Shown piece after piece: positions 12,160-26,213 of a stretch of 64,000 bases of DNA. Source of the DNA: Podarcis filfolensis (lineage: Eukaryota); assembly GCA_964270895.1 (NCBI GenBank), contig OZ185440.1; one strand, given 5' to 3'. Made by a program: the position numbers and the translations under genes. The notes beneath the pieces were generated by a model. It searched no databases, was not told the origin of the DNA, and was given only the letters and a program-made list of their open reading frames with translations. Numbering within the stretch: the first letter of the stretch is position 1; each line of letters starts with the position of its first letter.

Positions 12160-14941
12160 AAGTATACATTTCCAGACTTTTATACATAAATAAAAGGACA
12201 TTTTATCAATTTTCCAAAGACTAAAAATAATGTTGCATGTCCAGGTTTAACCAACTCATCAAAATGCAACACTGAATATTGTCTTGTGCAATATTATGCA
12301 TGTTTACTCAAAAGCAACATCCACTGTATTTACGGGCCTGACTTCCTAGTAAGCGTGTTCTGGTTTGATGCCTTAGTGTGAAACTCTGTATCTACTTTTC
12401 TGAGAGTAAAGTCTACTGAACTCGGTAGGAAATACTTTTCAGTAGACATTATTATTTTGTTGAAGTCCCCCTTCCTCAATCAAGACAGTTGTTGATAGCT
12501 CATATTCCTATGCCTTGGTGATATGAAGGGGAAGTGAAAATCTCCCCATTTCAGCTGCTATGAAAACTTGGGATATGCTTAAAAGATACTTAAATCCATC
12601 AATATCTGCAATGGGTTTTTTAGTTAAAATGAAATGTTAAACATAGCAAAATAATCTGAAATTTTAGGTATGAAGTGGTTAAGACTTCTAAGGTGCTTTA
12701 AAACATTGACGCTGTATGAGATTTAATGAATTTAAGAGGGACTTCCATGGTCAGAATTTGCAACATCCAATATTTTCAACTGAGAAGTTACATGAACAGT
12801 GAAATCACAAACTTTAATGAGTATCTCTGCCTGAAATTGATTATTATCAGTACAAGTTCAAAAGGATTGTTAACAACTATTCCAGCTAATTGTGACGGAG
12901 GCAATACAGAGTGGAAATAAATTTAAAGCATGATGTGAAATGAAGCCAGGTTCAACAAGTATGGAAACAGATTGAATTGTGGTGGTAGTGTTGTTTTTAA
13001 GTAGAGCAACAAATTCTATTTGTAATATTAAAAGCTTTTAAGATAATGCTGCTACTGAACATTAAACAAGACGAACAAGATAAATAAGGCCAATATTGTT
13101 TTCAAATATAAGACAAGGAGATGGAGGTTGTTTCTAAAGTACCTAGCTTCTATATAATCTAGGTTTTTATAGACAAGACCAGCTCCTTAGTTTGTGGCCA
13201 AGAAGCTACAATGAACCACTATGAACTCGCACTCTAAACTGGCGCCTGATGGTCCATCTCTTTAAAACAAGCTAGTGTCTTCATTCTGCATCAGTAGCAG
13301 TCTGTGAACTGTCTTCAAGGGCAAAGAAGTAACAGAAGTAAAGTCTTACACTCACAAAGGCAACATGGAGCTAGCACTGAAGGCACAGATACAAAAACAG
13401 AATTCACATAAGTATCAGTGGATGCGGAATGCTGATTGGTTCGTGTGTATGTGTTGGAGGCGGGGCAGGGAGAAAATTGGGTGGGTGTGGGGAATGGAAT
13501 ATCATGGTGGATGAAGGAGGGCAAAACCAACTGACTGAAACACAGGCGCTCTCTTAACTGCAACTTTTTGTTGCAGATCCATCTTGCTTCCTGAAGAAAA
13601 GATTGTCTGTAGGTGATACACATCAAATGTACAACTACTGAGTAGAATCAGGGAAAAATCTTGATGTGAAGGGCAATAATGAGCATGTCTGTGCTTTTTT
13701 CTTTCATCCAAGTCTGTTGCTATTTAACCTCTGAAGATGATTTGTTGGGGGGGGAGGCGCAAAGATCTTGTGATTGGATTCAATAAACTAAATATGCAAT
13801 AAAACAGACATATTTCAGTTTTAAATATTAAAGGCTGTCTCTGTTGGTGTCCCAAGTTATGCTGTAGTCTAAAAATATTACCCTCTCGATCCCAATTATT
13901 CTGTTACAAATTTCTGGATTTATGACTCTGTACCATTGGGAAGGATTTTCCAAACTTCTTGTTCTTGTTTTCCGAAGACAGGGACACAGCTCTTACTTGA
14001 AGCAACTGTTTACAGCTGGTCATAGCTTTGAGCTAAAGTGAGACTGCATACGATTTCTTTAATTAAAGCAAAACATTTTTTATTTTATTTTTTGGCAACA
14101 GCTTTCCCCTGCTACCTTTTAGTTGCGAAGAATAAATATATTTTTTCTGCTGCCAGTTCTTGCTGAAACCGGTTACCTCCAGTCACTACTGGCTGCAAAA
14201 TGGTTGTGTTACTGGCTCAAACACCTGCTTGGGTAGTTCTTGTTATACCACTGAGGGCAAATCCTTCCTAATGCTCTACACTTACACTAATGTAAGCATT
14301 TTAAAACTGAGTTATTTAAAACTAACTTGTTCTGCTTTTCTTTTCTTTTCTCTTTTTTTAAAAAAAGATCTTCTGGAGTGCTTTTCTGCAGCAATGTCTG
14401 AGTGTTCGTGCAACTAATGCAATTTTTAGGCGGCATTAACTGAACCACAGTTTCCAGTTCACAAGAAGAGTTAAGTTTCACTTTGTTCTGCACTAGTTCA
14501 GCCACATATGGAACACTGTGTCCTTGGGTCTGGGCAAACCATACTTGAAGAAGACAAGTGAAGCCACTGTCATTTGGAATGGACTCAAAGGAGAATAAGA
14601 AAAGACAGTCAAGGGTATGGAGAATAGGCCCTTTGAGCAGAGCCAGCCCTACCATTAGGCAGAGTGAGGCAAACGCCTCAGGCAGCAGACACAGTTGGAT
14701 GGTAGCATTACTTCCCTGGCCATTCCCCTCCACTGAAAGGCAGAGCTGTTCCTCCTACATGGCCTGTCCTACACTCCCTACACTAGCCATCTGCCTCAGC
14801 TGCAGTGAGGATGTTGTCTCATCACTAGTGCTGAGGCAAAATTAAGCAGCCTGTCCGGTCAGCTTCTGTACACAAAACGGGGGACATCATCTTTGCTGTT
14901 GCCTCAGACAGCAAAATGTATTAGGCTGGCACTCCCTATTA

Positions 14942-15180
14942 CAGGGGTCAGCAAACTTTTTCAGCAGGGGGCCGGTCCACTGTCCCTCAGACCTTGGGGG
15001 GGGGGCAGACTATATTTTGAAAGAAAAAAGAATGAATTCCTATGCCCCACAAATAACCCAGAGATGCATTTTAAATAAAAGCACACATTCTACGCATGTA
15101 AAAACACGCTGATTCGCGGGCCGGATTTAGAAGGCGATTGGGCTGGATCCGGCCCCCGGGCCTTAGTTTGCCTGCCTATG
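14942..15180. mobile_element. Non-autonomous hAT element (same family as 5897-6153)
   Basis: Shared interior (gccccacaaataacccagagatgcattttaaataaaag); perfect TSD ccctatta. Confidence 0.88.
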
Positions 15181-17132
15181 CCCTATTATAATCAATATGC
15201 CACCAATTCAAATTGCTGGTTTTGACCTATAAAGCCTTTTAAACAGCTTATGAACCCCCATATGAACCAACCCAGAAAAATCGATCAGAATCAAGGAAGA
15301 AAGTCTAAATCGTTTCTGCAATCATAGAGATTTTTCAAACGGCTCCTAGTGTGATGGTATCAATTTCTGAATAGGAACAGTGCAGTACTGAACATGTGCC
15401 ACATGCCTCTCCCCAAAGTGCCAATTAATACATGCAAAATAGCTATGGCCCTTCTTAAAGTATTTTACACACTGTGTCAGTTTTGTCACCTGCGTGAGAG
15501 CCCCAGTAAATTCCTACTTTATTACCCTATAAAGTATGCAAGTCAAAGGTCTCAGTCATTTCTGCTGTGTCATGCATGAAGAATTCCTATATAGTAGAGG
15601 AAAATCACAAAACTAGTATATTACTTTGGTGACATCAAACAGGCCCTATATTCGCACTCTGACACCTTCAGCAGTCAGGAGGGCATAACTTAAGAAGGAA
15701 GCAGTCAATCAGGTCCTGGCAAGGGTAAAGGGATAGGCCTGGAGGCTGCAGATAATACACTGGGATATGTCAGTCAGTTTCTTCCACTGATTAAACCAAT
15801 TCCTTTGCTCAGCTCTGCTAAATTCTTAATGCAAGTAAGGTCTATTTAAATGCAATTAAAAGGGAATTTGGCCTTTTGTAGTAATGCCTCACTGTTATTA
15901 GCTGTAAGCAACTATGTTCCTCTGTAAGTGCATGTAAGCTTCTAACTCCTCCACTTCATTCCAATAACACATTCATTTAAGCAACTCAACAGATGCAGCA
16001 TGATAATATTAATAGCTGAAGAGAGTCGAGCGAACTGCAGGAAATTGCAACTGTTGCTAACACCCCCCAATAAAACTATTTCTAAGAAAGTGTTATTAAT
16101 GTCATCCCTCACATCACTGACTTATACAGATGAGTATATGGAAGTTTGTGGTCTAAAATCCCAAATAGCAGTCAGTCTTTATTCTAGTAACGGCAGCCAG
16201 AATTTGCCCCAAAATGGGAGGAAGCAACAGCTGGCTACTAGGCAAACATATTTAGCCAGAGTTTGCATGCTATTTTAACTCTTCTTTTAAAAACCAATAC
16301 TGTTTCAGACTTCAATGGCATATGGTATTAATTTTGTTTTCTTTCTGGAAAGAATGTGGCACTGGCCGTAATATTATGACAAAAGGTCAAGAGAACTTAA
16401 AGAGGACCAAAATTCGATTTTGACAATATGAACAGTTAGGCTTGACTTAAGCGATCCTGGTTTACATGTCTGAAGAATATTATGTGTATTTTGCCAAAAC
16501 ATTTCTACAAATATCTGAAAACTGTCTTGCGTAGGAAGATACTAGTTTTGTGATTTAATATTGCAATTCATACCTTCCATTTAAGTGTGGATGTCCATGT
16601 TTAGATAAAGTTTGCATAAACTACCAATGTCAGAGTATCGTAGGAAGAAATCCTCCTTTTCCCATAAGCTCGCATGCCATTACGTCACCTAATTTCCTTA
16701 GCGAGTCCTGGTCCTATAACATTTGCATAGCCCCCATTGCCAGACACACACCAGATTTTGTATTTCTGTTGAGAAGCCTTGACCTCCTTCCAAATCCCCT
16801 GCCTCCACACCAAGTGGCTTTGCATCGCTGCCCTTCACAGCTTTCCTGCAACTGCAGCAATTACAGATGTTAACTCAAACTCATTACTCGGGGCTCCAAT
16901 CAGGGATAAATAGCTGTGACCTTCCTGGAAGGATTTTTCTATTACTGGATGCAGTTTGCTTGTTTCGGTAACTCGACACACAGTCTTAATCTTAGAACAC
17001 TGTTACATCAATAAAAAGGCACAGGAACAAAGAATACAATCCTAAACACATTTATCCAGAAGTAAGTCCCACTGAACTCAGTAGGGCTTTTTCGTGAGCA
17101 TACATGCACAGGATTGTGCTGTTAATCAGTAT

Positions 17133-17649
17133 GCTTTTGCTTAGTCATTTAGTCGTGTCCGACTCTTCATGACCCCATGGACCAGAGCACGCCAGGCACT
17201 CCTGTCTTCCACTGCCTTCCGCAGTTTGGTCAAACTCATGCTGGTAGCTTCAAGAACACTATCCAACCATCTCGTCCTCTGTCGTCCCCTTCTCCTTGTG
17301 CCATCAATCTTTCCCAACATCAGGGTCTTTTCCAGGGAGTCTTCTCTTCTCATGAGGTGGCCAAAGTATTGGAGCCTCAGCTTCAGGATCTGTCCTTCCA
17401 GTGAGCACTCAGGGCTGATTTCCTTAAGAATGGAGAGGTTTGATCTTCTTGGAGTCCATGGGACTCTCAAGAGTCTCCTCCAGCACCATCATTCAAAAGC
17501 ATCAATTCTTTGGTGATCAGGCTTCTTTATGGTCCAGCTCTCACTTCCATACATCACTACTGGGAAAACCATAGCTTTAACTATACAGACCTTTGTTGGA
17601 AAGGTGATGTCTCTCCTTTTTAAGATGCTATCAAGGTTTGTCATTGCTT
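17133..17649 (-). mobile_element. Bov-B (RTE) LINE 3' fragment
   Basis: Encodes the RT C-terminus (...LQYFGHLMRREDSLEKTLMLGKIDG...); 3' end cggacacgactaaa; TSD tgttaatcag(t/c)at at 17120-17132 and 17650-17662. Confidence 0.93.
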
Positions 17650-19484
17650 TGTTAATCAGCATAGCCAGCCTAAATTTAAACACATGGAACACCACATGGA
17701 CTGGGTCCAAAGGAGGACTTTGCTCTGGTCCCCTCCCCAGAAATAAAAAGTACAGCTTGCCCATTTACTGGCACCACAGTTATTTTCTGTTTCTCCCATT
17801 CTCTCCCTCCCCGCCACCGTGGGTTCAGCTTGTGCCTACCCGTTCTGGGGGTAGTCGCTTGGTATGGATGATCTCGGCCACCATATTCAGGGCCCTGGGA
17901 GAATTTTCCCATCAGCCTAATTGGCTTCATCTGAAGGTTTTGTCTTCCTCATAGCAATCGTCACAACTTTGGTGGGTTAGGCATTGGGTAAAGCCTTTAG
18001 TCATGGTAGGAGGAGAGGTTGCAAGTTTCTGCCTGTCCCTCTGGGGAAACGGGGTATCCCATTAAAGGGATCAAGGAAGAAGTGCTTCTGTTCAGATGCC
18101 CAGGCAGAGACTAAAGCCATAGCACTCAAGGCAGGCAAGAAGACACCTAACTTGATGTATGTTATAGGGCTTCCCCAACTCTGGATTGACCCCTAGAAAA
18201 CATCTAGCAAGCGGGCTGGTTGATATAGGATATGTCCAATGCCTAAGCCTCATCCCCTTACATCTGTAATCAATAAAGTTGGGGTCAAATTCAGTGCAAA
18301 AGAATGTTGTCATGTGTGGTCCTTTGATCTCAGGTGGAGGGGCAGTTTCATGCCACTTTGGCATGCAACAGGCCGCTGGTCCAGATGGGTCATTGGTCTG
18401 ATCCAGTACCCCTTCTTATGTTCTTAACACAGCAAAGGCCTGGAGTTGTACGCTATTCAGCATAAAAATGTCACATATTTAACCTCTTGCACCTCAGATT
18501 TACAATTCTCCTTCTCTGTGCTTGAATGCACTTATGAGTACGAACGTGTCCTTTATCACGTATGTAAGCCTTGCAGCTGAAGACAGCACTTAATTTGTTT
18601 CACAAAATGGACTCTAAGCTTCTGCCACAATGAACTTGTTGGCTTTAAGTTGCCACTATTCTTTTTTTCCCTTTTCAAAAGTGTTTTGAAAAACTAACCC
18701 AAAAGACAAACCTCCAAAGTGCAGTGAATAATTTATTTGAGGAACAGGGGCAGTGGGGAATCACTTAAGAAATAACCAGAGTGTTTCGTGTAAGCCACTC
18801 ATCCTCAAGGGCAATTTTGATCCTACTCTCTCCCTCCGGGGGGGGGGGGGGGAGAGACGCTGCTCTCTTTATACTACTCTGAATATGCTTAGCACCTTGT
18901 AAAAAAACACTTTGTGGTGGAGGAAGTGAGTTGCTGCCTGAATCTATCCACAGCTGCAAGCAAGTTTCAGGGAAGCATAAGGCGAGCTTCAGGGATTCTT
19001 CAACGGTATATCAAGGGGCAGCTTCAAATATTAGCTTCAATCAGTCACAGGAACAATCAGGAACAGTTAAGAAGTATACTCTGGAAATGTGATCCCCAGT
19101 CTCATACCAGACTTTAAAATCAGATCGTTAATTAGTTGTTTAAAATGAAGAGTCTTGCAGGTGGAGTTCAGAAGTTTTCAAGGATGGAACTCTGTTGGTT
19201 ATCTGCCACTTATCACCAGCAGGTACTTATCTCATTGGAAAGTGTTCTCTAGTGCTTGACAGACAATGGAAGATGTAGAACAGTTATGGAAGCTTTCACA
19301 AAGTTTGCAGAATGCCAAAGACAGAGAGGTATCAAAGACTGGAGTATGGACCTAAAACAACTGTTCATCTGACACAGTGAAACTGTTCTTGAGATCTTAT
19401 ACAGGAGTTACACATCTTCAAGTCATCTCATCCTTCCTATGCAGTGCCTACCTGATTTATTAAAATGACAATAAGTATAAAGCT

Positions 19485-19720
19485 CACTTCAAAGTGCTGG
19501 TTTTGACCCAGAAAGTCCCATGACCCCAATATGAGCTTACTCAGACCCTTTGGTCTTTACCAGAGGCCCTGTCCCCAGGTGCCCCTTCTGAGGGAAAAAG
19601 TTGGAGGGTGGAAATGAGGGAGAGCGTGTTCTCAGACTGTGAGGTCCGCCTGGTGCCATCATTAACATCCTTTTGGCACCAAGTAGAAACCTATCTTATC
19701 TCCCAGGCATTTGATAGATT
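19485..19720 (+). mobile_element. Degenerate L2 LINE 3' fragment
   Basis: ttcaaagtgctggttttgacc (FKVLVLT) and a downstream remnant resembling the L2 C-terminus. Confidence 0.5.
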
Positions 19721-21873
19721 ATGATTACTTTGCTGTTTATTGGTTATATGCTTTTGCTGCTCTTTTATAAGTTTTATGGGCTTATTGCATGGTAATGTGT
19801 TTTTAAAAATCTATTCTATGCTTTATGCTCTTAAAATTGTGTAGGTTGCTTAGAGACCCCTTAAGCGTCAAGTGGCCAATAAACTGACCATCATCCAAAT
19901 TCAATACAGGAATGAACTCACCCTGAAAGCCTTTCAGTCAAGTGGATGAAACCACAGGAACAAAATCTGTACAAACTTTGCAAAATTATTGGAACAGAGT
20001 TTTCACTCAACTGTTATGATGATGTTACACTACAGCTTCTGGGAATATTGTACAGATGAGAGATGTTACCGTAACTGGCTCTTAAAAGAGCTTACTAAGC
20101 AGACAGAAGTGTGTGTTTCAGGATGCAGGGCTGAGAAAGATCTTGTTCCTAAGGCTTTAGAGCGCTGTTGCCAGTCAGGATAAAGCTAGACAAGACAATT
20201 GCATGTACATTACACCTCAAGGTTTGCTTGTCTAGGGGTGGGTGGGTGTTGTTGTTATTTTAAATCAAAAGCAGTCACAGGAGACTGCAATTCTGAGCAA
20301 AACACCTGCATGGTGAAGTAAGAGAGAACTGCTCTTTTTTTCCTCTGCTGATTTTTCTGCTCAGCACCAGCTGTTTTTCAGGTAACTCTGTTTCTTCCCT
20401 CCTCCAACCTACCCCTTAACATGGGAAAAGCTGTGGGGTCATGGTGGTTATGATTAGAATAACTGCTGAAGGAGAAAAGGATTTAAGAGCTTTTCCACCT
20501 AGCACTGGCCTTCCCCCCTAGATTATAGCCTCCTGCAGCTACATTTGGATTTAAGTAGTGGTGGGAATCCCTGGAGGAAAATGCATAGGCAACAGCTTCC
20601 CAGATGTACAGTATCCATGGGTATGGAATGCAGGTGGGTCTGGCATGGCAAGTTCTACCTCCAGCTGATATGCATTCATCCAGATGTCTATAAAGAGTCC
20701 TTGCATGGATGGCTCTATGCACGTACAACTGGGAACCACACAATCAAGAAACAGCTTTATGCATGGGTGCCCTTTACAGATGTCTGATGCCCATGAATTG
20801 GGAGTGCTGCTACGCCTGATCTATATGGGCTTACTGAACGGGCAGATAGAGTTAGTCAAGACCAAATATCTTATTCCGTATAAAGGAAGCTCCCTACATT
20901 CTGATGCATAGCTACACAGATCATATAGATATGCATATCTTTGTGAAACTAAGCAATGTGAAAAAATAATAATGATTTTTTGGGTGAGCTACAGTATATA
21001 AAAAACCCACCATAAAAGGTTAGCTATACAGAGAGGTAAGAGCAGTTTTATCTTTCAGACACATTCTCCACACCCCACAAAGAGACTTGTTTTTTTGCCT
21101 AGATAGAGCTACAGGGGTAGAAGAGGGGCTTGATATATGATGGGGAGGGGTGACTATTTGAAAATCAGCCCTAACTCTAATCAACTTGATTGCTGCAGGT
21201 TCTGTTGATGTCTATGTTGTTCAATTCCATCCCAGGCTGAACTGCCCAAATCAATTCACACTGAAAAACCTTAAAACAATCCTTCCATTCCTTGACGACT
21301 AATACATAGATGACAGCGTTTTTTATCATTTCCCTCTTTGCCAGCAGTAAGGCTATTTTTACTCACTATCCACAGACACCACATAAACATTTTATTATCC
21401 TTAAAAGAAATAGAAAGGGAACAGGCAAGGTGACATGTGCAATGCTTGGATGGAAGGCTGTTTACCGTAAGTAATCCTGAATAGCCTGAATAGTAAACTT
21501 GAAGAGTTTGTACCAAAACCATACAGCAGTAACTTCATTTACTGACCCTTTTCTGTACATCTGGACTTTTAAAAAAGGAAATGAATATTAATATGAAAAA
21601 GGAAGAGAACATGAAGGTCCGCTAAGCTGAATTTGAGAAGGAACTGAAATAGAGACGTAATTCAGCTCTGAAATATTTCTCCTTGTTTGACTAAGATTCC
21701 AGGGGAAATCTTGGCCTCTTGCCCTGCAGATACATTTTCTTCTACTGCTGGAAGAGCAACAGAAAGGAAAGCTAGCTCTAAAATATTCAGTCCATCTGTT
21801 GTAAGATGGATAACAAAGTAAAGGAACCTCCTAAATCCTTGCTATGCTTTAGACTTGTGGTGCAGATACTCAC

Positions 21874-22003
21874 CTGCCCAAGCTGTTCACAAGCACTTTG
21901 ATACTCAGCTCGCTGGCAGAGGTCTTTCACCCGTTGGTACTTGGGCAGGAAATTTTCTTCTTGAGCATCCATTTTCTCATTCTCTCTCTTGTGTAACAGT
22001 TTC
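21874..22003 (-). CDS. SULF2: SULF2 exon (start of hydrophilic domain): KLLHKRENEKMDAQEENFLPKYQRVKDLCQRAEYQSACEQLGQ
   Basis: ttttcag| ... |gtgagt; 130 nt. Confidence 0.96.
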
Positions 22004-22759
22004 CTGAAAAGGGAAGAACATGGACAGCTCTGTAAAGGCTGCATCCTCTTCCAAGAAGTTCACATAATCTTTGCTCATGAAGAGTGAGACCATCTCTACC
22101 ATTTTCCATTGAATAACGAGTGAGGAGCGATTGAGCACTAGCCGCATGGCAATTCAGTGAGGAGGGCCAAGGACATGGCAGCAAGGCCAGGGCCCAGAGA
22201 CCCCAGGCAGCGCAGGATGGGGAGCCAGGAGTCGGGCCCGCCATGGAAGCTGATGCCTGTTTGGGGGTGCCTAGTTCACACCCCCTCAAAATTGTGTTCC
22301 TGGGACCATGGCCCCCCGTTCCCCCACAGTATGCCTGTGCACAGGACAGTATAGGATACGATCCAAAGAAGCTTACTGGGTGACCAGTCACACTCTCTGA
22401 AGCTTTACCAATCACACAGGGTATTTGCAAGATTAAAATGGATAGTTGGGACATCATGTTCTCTGCTTTAAGCTCCTTGGAAAAAAGGCAGGATATATAG
22501 GCAAGAAATAATTTAAAAAAGCATTTTCATTAAGTAGGAAAGTAGACTGCCTATTTCATGTGTCTCTCATAGATTTTACAGCAGTTCCAATGAAAATGAA
22601 AAATGCCAACAACAAAACATTGAAACTACTAATACGACTTTGCCTTTTTGATGAATTAAGTAATTTCACAAATGCCAAATGGAAAAGACTAATTAATGAT
22701 CTCGCCAAGGAAAGTTGTACAGGTACAACTCTTCTTTTGCTGCAACGATTCCTTTAAGA

Positions 22760-22895
22760 CAGGCTTCCTCAACCTCGGCCCTCCAGATGTTTTTGGCCTA
22801 CAACTCCCATGATCCCTAGCTAGCAGGACCAGTGGTCAGGGATGATGGGAACTGTAGTCTCAAAACATCTGGGGGGCTGAAGTTGAGGAAGCCTA
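22760..22895. mobile_element. 136-bp palindromic hAT-type MITE
   Basis: TIR caggcttcctcaac...gttgaggaagcct(a); TSD ctttaaga/ctttagga. Confidence 0.88.
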
Positions 22896-22949
22896 CTTTA
22901 GGAGGTCAGAACTCTCCAGAACAAAACACAATCACCACCCATCACTTAC

Positions 22950-23006
22950 CCTCTTTCCACCAAGAAGGAGTCCCTCCAGACCTTCATCTTCTTTTTCAAA
23001 TGGAAC
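22950..23006 (-). CDS. SULF2: SULF2 57-nt exon: FHLKKKMKVWRDSFLVER(G)
   Basis: tttttttccag| ... |gtaagt; read manually; in phase with its neighbours. Confidence 0.95.
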
Positions 23007-23310
23007 CTGGAAAAAAACAAACTTAATTTGAAAGTCAAACTAGATCTGGGGACAGGATTTGGCTTCTCCCTTGAAGATGTGTGATTAGAAAGCAAATGGC
23101 AAACATGCATTTTCAACCTCAGCTATGAGATGATATGGCAACTTTTTTTGTTCACTACGACAAGGCCTTTATAAGTTCCACAGAATGGGATAGAAAAGTA
23201 CCACTGACTCACAGACCTGCTGCAGACATATTGTTTAATCACAACTGCTTAAAGTACTTGGCAATCTGCAGGAAATCTTGGGCTCTGTTTAATGCATTTC
23301 CCATCCTTAC

Positions 23311-23439
23311 CTATTGACCGGTCTTTCAGAATCCAGCAGCTTTAGAATAGATTTCCCATCCATGTCAGGTGGAATGTCCAGGCCAGCAATGTCTAGAATT
23401 GTAGGAGCAAGATCGATGTTCAATACAATGTGAGGATTC
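23311..23439 (-). CDS. SULF2: SULF2 exon: [42 protein letters not shown](R)
   Basis: ttttcag| ... |gtaagg; 129 nt. Confidence 0.96.
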
Positions 23440-23624
23440 CTGAAAAGAAACATATTCACAAAACCTTTATCAAACATCTGCAACGGTAACCCCAACGCAA
23501 GACCACAGAAGACACAGAATACCTGAAAAGCACCTATGGGTTAACCTCAAATAGATGGAAATCAAGCACAATTACACGTCAAAGCTGAATATGAGAAGCC
23601 ATTTACAAGCTAAAGAAAGGTCAG

Positions 23625-23783
23625 GGGAGACTACCTCGGAAAGTGGTGGACTCTCCCTCACTGGAGATTTTTAAGCAGAGCTTGGATGGCCATCGGTCAA
23701 GGATTCCTTAGCTGTGATCCCTGCACTGCAGGGGGTTAGACTGGATGACCCTTGGGGTCACTTCCAACTCTACAATTCTATGA
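23625..23783 (+). mobile_element. CR1 LINE 3' end
   Basis: gtggtggactctccctcactggagatttttaagcagag...cttccaactctacaattctatga, a typical CR1 terminus. Confidence 0.8.
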
Positions 23784-26063
23784 AAAAGAAGGAAGTGAAA
23801 AAGCTTGTGACCTAAACTTCTTCACCATTTTGAGAATCAATCCTTGTCTTGTAGTTCAGGCTTTACTGAAGAGGGAATCTTGCTCTGGCAGTTTTAGGAA
23901 ACAGTGGATTGTTCTAAGTTAATGGACATTAATAACTTGGCTTTATTAATTTCCAACGTGTCTCCTTTGAGTAGGAGTAGCACTGGATAACCCAGTGTAA
24001 AAGATAATATTGGCACTCACTGAAGTGGGGTTGTGTAAGCAACAGCAGATACTGTACTACACTAGACTATTGGTCCTTCTACGTTAGTGCAATATTGTCT
24101 GTTCCCACTGCTTGTGGTTCTCCAGGGTCTCAGGCAGAGGCAGAGAGAGAGGCCATTCCCATCATCTGCCACCTGATCCTTTCAACTGGAGATGCCAAAG
24201 ATTGAACCCAAGAGTTATGCATGCAAACAAAACATGTATCTCACCACTGAGCTATGGCACCATCACTTGGAACAGGGAATCTTTGGCTGTCCAGATGTGG
24301 CTGGGAGGCCAGCTCCCATCACATACAACCAGCATGACCAATGGTGAGGGATTATGGGAGTTGTAGTCCAACATCTGGAGGGTCAAAGGTTCAAATGGCC
24401 CATCCCACTACCCACTGGGGATAGATTTAGAAGACAGTTGAAGGGTAGATGGCAGCAGGGGGATGGTAACAGACACCAGGCAAGCAAAGGTGAAAAAACA
24501 AAAACAGAACTAATAGTAAAGGAAGCTCATTTTGCAATAATGCTTAATACTCAGTATCCAGGAAATCAGATTTGCATAAATTTTAAAAGGAAATCCCCCT
24601 AGGGTGCAAATGAATAGAAGAGTCACACCCTGGAAAATTTCCCTTCTAGCACCAAACATCTGCAAGGTGGGATTGGTGGTTGTGTTTATTCAGTTCTTAA
24701 CAAATCACTAAGTTTGAGCATTCCTTAACATTCAGATAAGGCCATAGCTTCCTCACCAGTTTCTCCAAACCTGTGAGATCCACACTTTATCTCCTTGTCA
24801 TTAAGGGTGGGGATTTAAGTGGATATTCCAATGGTATGCTTACTTAGTCATGGCATTCTGCACATTTTTCATTATTAGGTTTATCTACCGCCTTTCTTCT
24901 AAGGAGCTCAAGGCAGTATAAATTGTCTTCTTTCGGCCCTTGTTTGTTTTGGGGGTTGTTTGTTTGTTTGCATTTTTAGCCAGCAGACTTATTTGTCAAA
25001 AACCACTGGTTGGCCATCACAAAAATAATACATTTTGGCATTTATTTTTTTTCATCTGAGAGTGCTACCCTTTACATACATTATCCTATATTCCTCAAAT
25101 CCATCCTGTAGGGCAGCTCAGTGTTATCATATCCATACTGCAAATTGGGGGAGGCAGAGGGCTTGGGGTTGAAAGAACATGGGTGCCTTGTATTAGGCCA
25201 CCTAGCTGAGTTCACAACAGAATCAAAGTTCAAAACCAGGGCCTGATTCATAAACCAGTCCTTAAATCAATAACTGATACTAGCTCCAATTAAGGTACTT
25301 ACAAAAACAATACAAGCAGAAGAACAAATAAAGAAACTAAGCATTAAAATAAAAAAACAAAAATTATACGGATCTTTGAGGACAAGAACACACTTGCCAT
25401 AATTTACAAGGAGAAATTACAGTTCAAAGATGGAGCCATATGGATAGTTTTCTGCTTCTGTGCAGATTTCCAGCTCAGAAACACAGCACAGCAAGGCAGC
25501 AGCATTCTAATTTGCAGCAATGAATGAGACCGCTTGTGAATTACTGGATTTGAAAGCAAACAAACAATGACAAGAACTGAAGATAATACATTTGTTCATC
25601 TGCTTGACAAGTGCAGCTTAATTTTAATTACTAGTTAATGCAGTGTAGCGCATCAGGGTAAAAGTAATGAACCTATGGTAATGAGACCTCACTACAGCAA
25701 CTGCTATTAAATCAGGGTTGATAAGCGGGGACAGCCAATGATTAGTTTATATGAAAAATAGAAGGTGCAGCTCACATTAGCAAAGCTGATACTGAAGTGG
25801 GCGTTTCCCTCCTTATGGAAACAGAAATGCCATGTTTGTACCAATTTTACAGTTCATACATCACCTTTTGGAGTGTGTGTGAACCAGTTTCTCTACGGGG
25901 ATAAGCTCTGACTTACTGAGTCTTTAGAAATCGGTTTTGACACTCAGAAGGCCCTGAACGAGGAGGCTCCCGCAGAACATAATTTGCTGGCAATTTAAAA
26001 TGATGGGGTGCTTCAGGATCTAAAAAGAAGCTATGAAGAACAGGTTGCTTTCAGGGCTAGGGG

Positions 26064-26213
26064 CAGTGTTTTTTTTCTGGGGGGATACAGGGGTACGCAT
26101 ACCCCTAAACATTTTGTGAATCTAAGTTTGGCCTCATTGAGGGGCAGTATTTCAATATGGGTAGGAAAATGAGAGTACCCCTAAACATATATTTTTTTAG
26201 GAAAAAAGCACTG
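26064..26213. mobile_element. hAT-type MITE (cagtg termini)
   Basis: TIR cagtgttttttttct / aggaaaaaagcactg; TSD gctagggg/gctatggg. Confidence 0.8.

Noticed and set aside
14287-14845. 148-aa and 95-aa ORFs (similarly 3707-4144 and 4571-4990)
   Set aside because: No splice-consistent structure, domain similarity or coding-like composition; expected by chance in introns.
21927-22457. 176-aa ORF overlapping a SULF2 exon
   Set aside because: It is out of frame with the exon and runs through a GC-rich decayed DNA-transposon fragment, with no recognisable domain.
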